Source of the DNA: Octopus vulgaris
Taxonomy: Eukaryota
Assembly (NCBI GenBank): GCA_951406725.2
Contig: OX597820.1
Location: 3,782,001-3,846,000 of the forward strand
DNA length: 64,000 bases
Direction: 5' to 3'
The translations under genes were made by a program, and so were the position numbers. The notes under the pieces were generated by a model, which did not search any database, had not been told where the DNA came from, and was given only the letters and a program-made list of their open reading frames with translations. Every line of letters starts with the position of its first letter. Position 1 is the stretch's first letter. Shown here in pieces: positions 13,898 through 27,600 of this stretch.

Positions 13898-14751
13898 TAC
13901 ATGTATGTACATGTACATACGCATCTACGTATTACCTAAGCATCCTAACCCTAGTGACACAGCCTTGAACTGGTGATCTGCTGAACAGATGCAACGTTTC
14001 CATGTTTTCACCACAAAGTAGTTCACCTGTTCTTTATTAACCATCATTGTGTGCAACATGAATTTTTAATATAACAGGCTTTTCAGCAGTTAGTCTGTAA
14101 CTAGTCTACTAGTATTGTGGTCAATGAAATTGTCTAGGTCTTTGAAGGCAGTGTGTCTACTTAGCGTTTATCCATCACCATCCACCATCATCATCATCAT
14201 CATCTATCTTCCATTTTCCATTCTGATGATGATGATAATGATGATGATGATGATGTATGGATTGGACAGATTGACAGAGGCTGGCAAGCTCCAGTGTCTG
14301 TCGTGGCATGGTTTCTGTGGCTGGAGACCATACTAGTATCAACCACTTTACAGTGTGTGGACTGGGTGCTCTTCACGTGGCACCAGCACTAGTGAGGTCA
14401 CCAACTGACTTGCAAGACAAGACCCCCCCTCCTCAACTGAAGATGGAGAAGTAATATAATATTGAGAGAGGGGACTTTGTGCCGGCTGATGAGATGTTAA
14501 AAGAGGGACCGAAACAGGAATCTTGCTGTAGGAGAAATATGTAGCAACTCCCATTTAGAAGGGAAGGGGGATGGCAGAGAGGATTTATCAGGGCATTTGC
14601 TCAAGTTACAAGAAGGTGAAGAAAGAGTAGTGACGTGGGTAGGTAAATAAGATTTGTTGGGGTATGAGAGGTAAATGCTTGATGGCTGATGGCTGGAGAG
14701 AGATACAGTGAGTGGTCATTATCATCCTCATCATCATTATCATCCTCATCC

Positions 14752-14782
<31 letters not shown>

Positions 14783-17700
14783 TTAATGTGTGTTTTCCAT
14801 GTTGGCATGGGTTGGACAGTTTGATAGGAGCTGGCTAGCCAGAGGGCTGCACCAGGACCCAATAATCTGTTTTGACATGTTTTCTATGACCGGATGCACT
14901 TCCTAACACCAACCAATTTACAGAGTGTACTCGGTGCTTTTTACATAGCGCCAGCACAGGTGCTTTCTTTTTTTATGTGGTTCCAGCAGCACAGGTGCTT
15001 TCTTTTTTTATGTGGTTCCAGCAGCACAGGTGCTTTCTTTTTTTATGTGGTTCCAGCAGCACAGGTGCTTTCTTGCATGGCACTGACAGAAGAATAAAAA
15101 GTGCCACAAGCCTCGGTCTTCTTTCTCTGCCATTTTGTTGATGATGTGAAAGTGACACGAAAATAATATACGAGATATTGAACACTAAACCAATCAATAA
15201 TAATCAATTGAGCTTAAAACACTAATACGACTGAATGGTACTTATGTGTCTCAAGCACTGGGTGGTGTTGATACCAATTCTCACTTCATAGAAATTCTCT
15301 TTCAGTTATTTATTTATGGCTTTCTAGGTAATAAATTAACAAAATCTTTTTGATGCAATATTTATCAAAGCTGCTTTTATTGTAAACCATCCAAGTATGA
15401 AATTGAATAGAAATAAATCGAGTGTGTACAACACACACACACATACACACACACAAACAAACACACACACACACACACACACACACCCATTAAGTGCTTT
15501 ACAAAGAGACTTCTAAAATAGACTTTTCACAAACTACAGAAGACTGAATTATGGGAAACTTGCATGAATCTTTTATTGTTATTCTTCTACGGGTTTCAGT
15601 TATTAGGCTGTGGCCATGCTGGAGCATATACTTACATGAGTGTTTGTGATTTATATTATTCTCACTACTTATTTTCAATCTGGTATTTATTTAACGAACC
15701 TTTATTTATTTATGTTTTTAATTGTGAAGTTAGGGTTTGATACAAACGAGGCACAGCACTGGTCCACTTTGGTAAACTTGAACTCAAACAACCCTGATTC
15801 AAATACAGGCATGTTCCCACAACCTCTACTACCACCATTATCATCACTATCATTACCATCATCTTTATTGCCATCGTCATCATTGTAATCATCATCATAG
15901 TCATCATCATCATCATCATAGTCATCATCATCATCATTGTCATATAAGTGTCATCATCATCATCACCATATCTGCCTTTTCAATGCAGTTACTGATCGGA
16001 CAAAGCCTTATTGAGGTAGGATTCTATAACTGGATGCCCTTCTTGTTGTCGAGTATTCTTATTCCACTGGTATTCCCAAGTTGGAAGTGCAGAACTACAG
16101 AACCGTTTGCATGTAGGAGATGTAAACTCAGCATCACATTGAGTCATGTGAAGACACATGGAAAGCAAACATTTATGCAAACACACACTCATGTACATAC
16201 ATACATATATATTACCTCTACCCCTCTATTATACTTTAACTCTTCCACTGGCACAAAGCCGCCTCCCCCGCTGCCACTGCCTCTCCCAACTGAGGAGCCT
16301 TTGTCATGTAAAACCACTCGGTAACTCTGCTGGTGCTGGTGCCATACGAAAAGCACTGGTTGCGGTGCTGCATAAAAAGCACCCAGTCCACTCTGTAAAG
16401 GGGTTGGCATTAGGAAGGGCATCCAACCAGAGAAACCATGCTGAAGCAGACAGTGGCACTTGATGCAGTCCTCTGGTTTGCTAGCTCCTGTCAAACTGTC
16501 GAACCCCTGCAAGTGTAGAAGACAAACATTGATGATAATGATGATGATGATGATGCTTGTGTATGTATGTATGCATGTGTGAATAGATGCACATACAGTG
16601 AGCTTCTGCACAGTTTCCTTCTAACAAATACTACTTATAAGAGATTCTGGTCAATCTGCAGTTATGATAGAAGACACTTGCTCAAGGTTCCATGCTGTAA
16701 GGAAGCAGACTTCCTTGCAACACAGATGTGGTTGTGTCTTTTGTGAATAATATTCTTTTATTTTAAATTGGTTGTTAAAAGAGATTCTGATGTATATTTA
16801 TGTAGTTTATATTAGGTATTCTAGTAATAAATCTGAAATTGGAAAAACTGAATATTGTGAAAACCTCAACTCTTGTTTTTTTTTTTGTATTATGTATTTA
16901 TGTGTCCCTTCTGATCAGGTTTTCTTTTTCTTTTATCATCGTCTGGTCAGGGTGGCTTGCCCAGACCAACTCTTCGATGCCAGATGTCCCTATCAAGCAA
17001 TCTGGCAGGAATGTCTGGCCTGTCTTTTAGTTGCATTGGTCTTTCGCTATCTGGAATATCTCATGACTGCAGACGCTGGCAGTACTCGGCTAATTGAACC
17101 GGTTGGTTGTGGCTGTTGTCCTTGGTGTGACTTCAAACTGCATCTTGAAGTGGGATTCCAGTTCAGGAGTTCCAGGGTTCTGAGGGATGTGGAACCACCT
17201 CTTAACCACTATTGTTCCCAGATCTATTCCCACCTGGAGCAGTAGCACCTGACAGGGTCCCGGCACTGAGTTAAATAACATGAAACCAACTAGGTCAGGG
17301 TGTCATGAAATCACTGGATGCAGCAGGGTGGATGCGAACTATTTCAGCAGATGAACTTATTCAATCAATGGTGAATAACACTAATCAAATGCTGAGCAGA
17401 TGAACAGACAACAAATTGTCAATTGCCAGGATCTGTTTCTTTTGACATTATCAATATTTTCTTTTTGAAAGGCAGCAAGCTGGCAGAAACGTTAGCATGC
17501 CGGACGAAATGCTTAGCAGTATTTCGTCTGTCTTTACATTCTGAGCTCTAATTCTGCCGAGGTTGACTTTGCCTTTCATCCTTTTGGGGTCGATAAATTA
17601 TCTACTAGTTGCATACTGGGGTCAATCTAATCACCTGGCCCCCTCCCCCCAAAATTTTGGGCCTTGTGCCTAGAGTAGAAAAGAATATTTTCTTTTTGAA

Positions 17701-19235
17701 ATGATCTGACAGGAATAATTATTGACTATTGATATCACTAACAATTGATATTTATTTTTTTAAGCATGTAAAAAAAATTTTTTTTTTACACAAATATTGC
17801 TTTTCAAAATAAGCAGGATAAAAGAAATAATAAAATGTTCTTTTGAAATGTTTTAACTAGATTGTGAATATGGCACCTTTGGATTAAACTGTTCCTACTA
17901 TTGTGGTTTCTGCAAAGACGGAATAACTTGTGACTCTGTGGAAGGTTTCTGTCCCAAAAATCATTGTGAAAATGGATGGACTGGAGACATGTGCACCGAA
18001 GGTAAGATAACAAGATTATATCTTGTCGGAATGATAAACTGATGTGAGATTAAGTTGTTTAATTTTTATGGATTAATAATGTTAAATCTTGAGATGTTCT
18101 TAAACATGATTATTGTTTTCTTCAGTTTGGTTTCCATGTTGATCCTTATTTATGGTCATGAATGTTGAGCAAGAACCAAAAGAGGAAAGCAATTGGCTGG
18201 AATGCAGTTCCCCCAAAGGGCATCTGGAGTATCATTGCTCAAATGAGAACTAGCTGAGGGATCAGAGATTTTCTCCAAGACAAACCATTACTTCTCTGCA
18301 GTGACAGGTCACATTGGCAATACTATGAAATGTATGATTAGAATCAGCAAAATGCGTTCTTCAAGCCAAGCCAAATGGCAGGAGTAAACCAAGAGCGAAA
18401 TGGTTGGATAATATCCCAAGTGTTAGTCATGCTTGGGAATCCAACCAGAAAATGTAATGGTGGTTGCTTCTGACAGGACCCTATAGGGGAGATCATCCTC
18501 CTAGTAATAGTGGTTGGAGAAAATGGATGGATCGATGCATTGTTGAAATTATTAAATAATCTCTGAAACTTTGTTAATCAGTTCTAAAACTGAGTGGATT
18601 TTGATAAATTAAGAAAAAAAATTAACTAACATTTAAATTTAATTTGCCAAAATATTTTCGTCGCTAAAATCCGCGACCTGTTCACTGACAAAATTCCGTT
18701 CTGCACGGAATTTTGTCAGTGAACAGGTCACAGTCTCAAAGCGACGAAAATATTTTGGTAAATTAAATTTAAATGTTGAAGTGAATCTAACGATTTTTAT
18801 GTTTTTAAATGGCTTATAAACACCTTCCATGCTGCAATTGTTTTCGTTCCAGCACACGATCTCAGATCAGGTCACTTGCTATGTAATTAACTAACTTGAT
18901 TTAACTAAATATAAAACTTGGACAAGAATTTTGCTTTATTCCAAACAATAAACAAAAAGACAACTTATTTTTGAAAATTAAATTTTTCACAACTTTTTTT
19001 CTTCTATTTAGAATGTGAGCCTGGTTTTTATGGCTTTAACTGCTCAACTGTCTGTGGATTTTGTGCCAGTAATAAAACATGCAACCCCTTCAATGGGACG
19101 TGCCCTGATGGCTGTTTGGGTGGATACACCGGCAGTGTTTGCGACAAACGTAAGCCCTTAAAGTTTTTACTTTTTCACAATGTACATTTTACATTAATAC
19201 TTATTCCAACTTATCACCATCAGAGGTGCTGGTGG

Positions 19236-19266
<31 letters not shown>

Positions 19267-21124
19267 GTCATCATCATCATCATAAACACTATCACTACTA
19301 CTGCTTCACAACCTCTAAACTTTTACCATAATCTTTAACAGCATTTGTCTTTTGTTACAGTTTCTTTTATAGATTAGCTACACTTTAGATGAGAGCAACT
19401 GACCGTCTCAGGTCCATTGTCATTAACCCTTTCTTGTAAGGCGGCAAGCTGGCACACCAGGCAAATTGCTTGGCGGAATTTTGTCGGCCTTTATGTTCTA
19501 AGTTCAAATTCTGCCAAGGTTCACTTTGCCTTTCATCCTTTCAGGATCGATAAATTAAGTACCAGTTGCATACTGGGTTCGATCTAATCAACTGACCCCT
19601 TTCCCCAAAATTTCGGGCCTTGTGCCTAGAGCAGAAAAGATCAACCCTTTCTAGTTTCTTTATATTTTCCATTCACTTCTACTAATAATTGTCTCTACAC
19701 CAAATACATCACTTCCTTCTCATCAGTTGAAAAGTTAAAACATAAAAAGTAGTCGCTGATCTACAAAATAGAAGATTACTATTTGTAAATCTCTCAACAA
19801 GAGATATTCAGCAACAGTACTTTGGAGCAAAGATTATTTGCCAACACAACATGGCATTCCTGGTTTAGGACAAATGTTGCTGTAATTTAGCCCCAGGAGA
19901 CATCATGTATTCTGTGCTGATGAAGGGAAATAACCTGGAAATCATGATACACAGATATTGTTTTGAGCTGAGTGGGGGTGCTAGATTCCCTTGTTTGAAA
20001 ATATAAGGACACAGATCGTGTTGTATAGCCAGTTGGAGACGATGTCTCGTGGGGCTAAACTACAGCAACATTCATCCTAAACCAGGACTGCCATGTTATG
20101 TTGGCAAACAATCTTTACTCCAGTAATTTATGTGTTGGTCAATAGCCCTCTGCTAATCCTTGCTCCTGTGTATCATCATCATCATCATCTTCATCGTTGC
20201 AATGTCTACTTTTCCATGTTTGCATGGGTTGGGTGGAGTTCACTGAGGCAGGTTTTCTACTGCCAGATGCTCTTCCTGTCATCAACCCTCACCTGTTTCC
20301 ATGTAAGGTAATATTTTCCTTGTGGCCAGACGTTTTCACTGAATATTGGAAATGAATGACAGGAATTCTTGTTTACAACCAATGTGCAATGTGAAAGCAA
20401 GGGGACACACGCACACGCACACACACACACACACACTCACACACACACATCACACTCACTCACTCACACTCATACACACATGTACCACACACACACATGC
20501 AGACAAGCACACATGCACCACACACACACATGCCATACACACACATATTCATACACAAACATATGCACACACGCAAATATACACATCTGCACGCATACAC
20601 ACACATACATACACACACACACACACACCACACATATGGCAGGTTTCTTTCAGTTTCCATCTACCAAATCCACTCACGAGGCCTTGGTCGGCCCAGGGCC
20701 ATAGTGGAAGAAACTTGCAAACTAATTATATCATTAATTAATATTTCATTGAATTCCGTAAATGTGTGAAGTATCATTAACAAGTTCGTTAATTTCCGTT
20801 CAGGATTGCTTGCTGAAGATTATCGAAAACTGATGAAGAATTTGGCCATAGCTCTGGCAGTTTTCACTGGATTATTCACTTTCACTTGTATTATCTTAAT
20901 GGCTATTATGCTGCTGGTGAGCAAAAAGAAAAAAGATAAAGCCATCATCACACGCGATGATGAAGCACCAGAAGTCATAGATGACAAGGTAGGTGTGCAC
21001 CCATTGCCCCACTCTCTCTCTCTCCAACCTCTTACTTTTTTTTTCTGACATCTCTATCTCTCTTTCTGTCCTGTCTCTGTCTGTCTGTCTCTGTCTGTCT
21101 GTCTCTATGTCTCTCTCAGTCTCA

Positions 21125-21158
<34 letters not shown>

Positions 21159-24100
21159 CACTCTCTTTCCTTCTCTGTCTCTCTCTCTGTCTGTTTGTCT
21201 CTCTCTCTGTCTTTGTCTGTCTGTCTGTCTCTCTGTCTCTCTTTCTTTCTTTCTTTCTTTCTTTCACTCTCTTTCCTTCTCTGTCTCTCTCTGTGTCTGT
21301 TTGTCTCTCTCTCTGTCTTTGTCTGTCTGTCTCTCTTTCTTTCTTTCTTTCTTTCACTCTCTTTCCTTCTCTGTCTCTCTCTGTGTCTGTTTGTCTCTCT
21401 CTCTGTCTTTGTCTGTCTGTCTCTCTTTCTTTCTTTCTTTCTTTCACTCTCTTTCCTTCTCTGTCTCTCTCTGCTTTCTGTCCTGTCTCTCTCTCTCTGT
21501 CTCTTTCTTTCTTTCTGTCTCTCTCCTTCTCTGTCTCTTTGTCTGTTTCTCTGTCTCTCTCTCCCCCTCTCCCCCCCTCTCTCTCTCCCCCTCCCCATCT
21601 CTCTCTCTCCCTCTCCCAGTACAGTCTCCATACAGTCTAAGGAAAATTTTATCTAACTACTCACTCTTTTATCTTTTATCGTTTACCTGCTTCAGTCATT
21701 GGAATGTGGCCATGCTGGGGCTCTTGATGGGTTACATCAAGTAAATCAACCCCAATACTATTTATTTAGATTTGGTACTTATTCTATCCATCACTTTTGC
21801 CAAACTGCTAATTCACAAGGACATAAACAAACCAAACCAGTTGCCAAGCGACAGGGGTATACAAGCAGTTAATAGTTTCTAGGCAGGTTCAGATCGCTTG
21901 GAGACACATGGTGTGTTATAAAAACCAGCCTTGACATGTGTCTCCAAAGCTAGAAACTATTACTAGCTCTTATTTTAAATACTGTGTACATTAAATGATA
22001 TTTATCTCTCACTGGTTGGATCTTTTATTGATCTTACCTTAATGGAACAGTCAAACAATGACAATGAGTGCTCAACACCAAATTGGCGGATAAAATTTCT
22101 TTATTTGTGTATTAAGGCTACCATTGGTTTCATGTTAAGAAAAGTCTCTTAATATATTAACAATGTTTCAAGCCAATCACATGGAGGAATGGTGTTCATC
22201 TCCATTTTGGATGAATATATATACCGTGGGGCAGTCGCTACATATCGACTAACTCTGATGAGTGTAAAGTTATATAATCAGATTGTTACCTAACACTCCA
22301 TTATATTCTTTATGTGAAACTGATTGATAAGACCAGCCATGATGGATATTTAATATTATACATTTCAGATAATATATATATATATATATATATATATTTG
22401 TATGTGTGTGTGTACACAGACATGGTAGAAGTAAATAGACACCCTAATAATCGCTATAATTTATTTAAATCTGAAATTATACAATATTTATTATTACAAT
22501 GTGAATATTTAATATTTAGCAGGCATGCCCTTTACATTTTTCAATGCAAGGACCCTATGAGGCATGTTAATAATCAGATGAATATTCTTTTGAAGAATTT
22601 CTTGCCAAGTTACAGGCAGTAATTTCAAAAGATCTGGCTTTGAAGATGCTTTCTTGTTCTTTTTATGAAGTGTCTTTGTCCATTATGCCCCAGAGGTGTT
22701 CAACAGGATTCACATCTGGTAACTGGCTTGACCATGGAAGCTTTTTAATGCCATTCTCATCCAACAAATCTTGGGTCATTTTAGCCGTGTGACAAGGGGC
22801 CGCAGACCATCACAGAATAGCTGTTGTGTTTCATTGTTGGCTGCAATCTTTTCACATTAAATTCTTGATCACAGTCTCCAGACCCACACTCGACCACTGT
22901 CAGAGAATACAGCAAATCTGGACTCATCAGAGAATATGACAGTGTCCCAAAATGCTAGTGGCCTCTCCACCATCTCACTGGCCCAATCTTTTCTCCACTT
23001 GATATTGGCTGGTCAAACAAGTGGCTTCGTTTTTGCTGCTCTGCCATAGCAGCCAGGGTTGTGGAGATACCTGGCATCTGTTCTGGGACTGACATCCACT
23101 TGTTCTGCTATGTCAGAGGTCTTGCAACGAAGATTGTCCTCCACACTTCTCTTAACTAAGAGAAGGGTCCTGTCAGACAGCCCTGGTCGATCTAGGTGAG
23201 GTGATGTGGACTTCTTTCCCTCTCTGGTGAATTGCACAATCACCCTGTTAACTTTAGAAAGTGGGATCCCAAGGTTTTCTGTGATTTTTCGCTGACTCAG
23301 TCCACCTTCAGAATGACCCACAATATGGCCCCTTTGAAATTCAAACAGTTCCCAAGGCTTCTTTTGTACATGGCATGATTAAACACTCACTTATAGAACC
23401 TGAAACATAAAAATGTCAATTAATAAAAAATATAAACCTTTATAAGTTGGTATAAACATGAAACGATGTTTTATGGGGCATCTATTTACTTCTATCGTGC
23501 TTGAGTATATGACAGGCTTCCACACAATTTCCATCCATCAAATTTACTCATGAGGCTATAGCACTCTAGCAGAAGACACTTCTGGTGCCATGTGGCGTGA
23601 CTGAACCTGAAATCATGGGTTTGCAAAGTGAACTTCTGAATCACACAGCCACACCTATTTATCTTTAGAAAAAGCAATTTCTTGAATGTAAATTGTAGCA
23701 GTAAGGTATTGTTGTTGTTGTTGATTTTTTTTTTTTTTTTTTTACCTTTGAACCATTTCATACGAAAGCTGAATACCATCCATAAAATTATGTCTTCACT
23801 TTTTGAAATAATGTGAATATTATTTGTTTAATAGAGAAATGCACTTTTAGCTATTTTATGCACTATTTGGCTGCTTTTTCTGATCAGTTGTTGTGCATCT
23901 GAGCACTGTATATATCATCATCATCATCATCATCAACATCATCATCATCATTTAACATCTGCTTTCCATGCTGGCATGGGTTTGGATGGTTTGGACTGAC
24001 GACTGGCAAGCCAGCAGGCTGCACCAGTTTCAACTTGGATATTTAATAAATTCATGTCTTTTTCGTAATTTAATTTCCTTTTCCCTTCTGTTCCTACTCA

Positions 24101-24620
24101 CAGCAAGAGCTGATCATTCCTCAATCTAAACACCAACTGATTAGCATCGGAGAATTAGTTGTTGGCATCACGGATCGCAAACTAAACACTGGCTGTTTTG
24201 GAGATATTTGGAAAGCAAGAAGTTTAAGCAGTTGGGATAATACTACTGAAGTAGCTTTACTAATTGTTAAAGGTAAGGCTTTTAATTAAATTCTTCTTAT
24301 ATTGTCATTCTAATGTTATGGTTTTCATCATCATCATCGTTGTCATCGTTGTCATCATCATCATCATCATTTAGCATCTATTTTTCCCATGCTTGCATGG
24401 GTCAGATGAAATTTGTTGAGGCAGATTTTCTGTGGCTGGATGCCCTTCCTGTCACCAACCTTCACCTCGTTCCAAGCAATGTAATGTTTCCCCATGGCCA
24501 GACCTATTTTGCATGAAAGACTTGATACAAACAACCTCGTTTGTATAACAGGGATGCTCATTTACAGCCATCAAGTGATATCTAGACAAGACTACACACA
24601 AACAGACATGGACATACATT

Positions 24621-24662
<42 letters not shown>

Positions 24663-27600
24663 CATCGTTTAACGTCTGTTTTCCATGCTGGCATGAGTTG
24701 GACGCTTTGACTGGGGACTGGCAAGCCAGAAGGCTGCACCAGGCTCCAATCCAACTTGGCAAAGATTCTACAGCTAGATGCCCTTCCTAACGCCAACCAC
24801 TCCGAGAGTGTAATGGGTTCTTTTTATGATCCACTGGCACGGGCGCTAGTCAGGCGGCACTGGCATCGGTCACGTTTAGAAGGAGCTTTTTATGTGCCAC
24901 CATCATGGGGAGCCAGTCAGGTGGCTCTGACAATAGCCTATGCATGAATGGTGCTTATTGCATGCCACTAGCACAGGAGCCATTCAGGCGGCACTGGCAT
25001 CAGCCATAACTACAACTTCCATTTTGATTTATTTATTTATACACACACACACACACACACACGCACACACATATATATACATACATATATATATACACAC
25101 ACATACATATACACAATTTCATTTGCAGTTTACCAAATCCATTCAAAAGACTTTGTTTGATTTGAGGCTATAGTAGAAAACACTTGCCCAAGGTACCATG
25201 CAGTGGGACTGAACCTACGACCACATATTTTGGAACCAACCTTTTAACCATTGCCACACTTAATAAAACCATCATCATTATTATTTTATGCCTATTTTTA
25301 TTTATTCTATTATAAATGAAACAGCTTAATAAGGATTAATTTTTTTACTGTTTTATTTTATTTTATTTTAAGTTTTCTGTTATTTTTATCACTCTTTTTA
25401 ACAATCTGAATTGTTGAAATATTGCAAGAAGCAATGCCTTATCAATCAGCCTGAACGAAACAAATGTAATCACTATAATTTGGTATGATTTGCTGTGCTT
25501 AGCATCATTAAGAATCGATGCAGTGGAAAAATTTCAAAAATGAAGTAAATTCGTTTGCCAAAGAGAGTGTGTCTTGTAATTTTGGCTGAGACTGTTATCA
25601 GAAAATTAGAAGGAGAAAAAAAATAATAAAAAGACTTTCTTTAAGTGAGATAGAAGAAGGAGAAAAGGCAGAGAGAGAGAGAGAGAAGGAGAAAGAGAGA
25701 TGGATGGATGTAAATTAAAGTTGGGAGGGGCGTAAGTGAAACGATAAGATGAAATGAAGGGGGAGATTAAAAATCAATCAAATTTGTTCATAGGGAAGAA
25801 GGCAAAGCTTGATACTGAAAACCTAAAGAATGTGATGGCTAGCAGAAATTGTTGATAATGTGATGGCTAGCAGAAATGGTTGATAATGTGATGGTTAGCA
25901 GAAATGGTTGATAATGTGATGGCTAGCAGAAATGGTTGATAATGTGATGGTTAGCAGAAATGGTTGATAATGTGATGGTTAGCAGAAATGGTTGATAATG
26001 ATGGCTAGCAGAAATGGTTGATAATGTGATGGCTAGCAGAAATGGTTGATAATGTGATGGTTAGCAGAAATGGTTGATAATGTGATGGTTAGCAGAGAAA
26101 TGGTTGATAATGTGATGGTTAGCAGAAATGGTTGATAATGTGATGGCTAGCAGAAATGGTTGATAATGTGATGGTTAGCAGAAATGGTTGATAATGTGAT
26201 GGCTAGCAGAAATGGTTGATAATGTGATGGCTAGCAGAAATGGTTGATAATGTGATGGTTAGCAGAAATGGTTGATAATGTGATGGTTAGCAGAAATGGT
26301 TGATAATGTGATGGTTAGCAGAAATGGTTGATAATGTGATGGTTAGCAGAAATGGTTGATAATGTGATGGTTAGCAGCGAAATGGTTGATAATGTGATGG
26401 TTAGCAGAAATGGTTGATAATGTGATGGTTAGCAGAAATGGTTGATAATGTGATGGTTAGCAGAAATGGTTGATAATGTGATGGCTAGCAGAAATGGTTG
26501 ATAATGTGATGGCTAGCAGCAGAAATGGTTGATAATGTGATGGTTAGCAGAAATGGTTGAGTGATGGTTAGCAGAAATGGTTGATAATGTGATGGTTAGC
26601 AGAAATGGTTGAAATGTGATGGTTAGATAATGTGATGGTTAGCAGAAATGGTTGATAATGTGATGGTTAGCAGAAATGGTTGATAATGTGATGGTTAGCA
26701 GAAATGGTTGATAATGTGATGGTTAGCAGAAATGGTTGATAATGTGATGGTTAGCAGAAATGGTTGATAATGTGATGGTTAGCAGAAATGGTTGATAATG
26801 TGATGGTTAGCAGAAATGGTTGATAATGTGATGGTTAGCAGAAATGGTTGATAATGTGATGGTTAGCAGAAATGGTTAGCAGAAATGGTTGATAATGTGA
26901 TGGTTAGCAGAAATGGTTGATAATGTGATGGCTAGCAGAAATGGTTGATAATGTGATGGCTAGCAGAAATGGTTGATAATGTGATGGTTAGCAGAAATGG
27001 TTGATAATGTGATGGTTAGCAGAAATGGTTGATAATGTGATGGCTAGCAGAAATGGTTGATAATGTGATAGTTAGCAGAAATGGTTGATAATGTGATGGT
27101 TAGCAGAAATGGTTGATAATGTGATGGTTAGCAGAAATGGTTGATAATGTGATGGCTAGCAGAAATGGTTGATAATGTGATGGCTAGCAGAAATGGTTGA
27201 TAATGTGATGGCTAGCAGAAATGGTTGATAATGTGATGGCTAGCAGAAATGGTTGATAATGTGATGGTTAGCAGAAATGGTTGATAATGTGATGGTTAGC
27301 AGAAGTGGTTGATAATGTGATGGTTAGCAGAAATGGTTGATAATGTGATGGCTAGCAGAAGTGGTTGATAATGTGATGGTTAGCAGAAATGGTTGATAAT
27401 GTGATGGTTAGCAGAAATGGTTGATAATGTGATGGTTAGCAGAAATGGTTGATAATGTGATGGCTAGCAGAAATGGTTGATAATGTGATGGCTAGCAGAA
27501 ATGGTTGATAATGTGATGGCTAGCAGAAATGGTTGATAATGTGATGGTTAGCAGAAATGGTTGATAATGTGATGGTTAGCAGAAATGGTTGATAATGTGA

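Noticed and set aside
20896-21744. Charged or Ser/Leu-rich ORFs
   Set aside because: CT microsatellite translations
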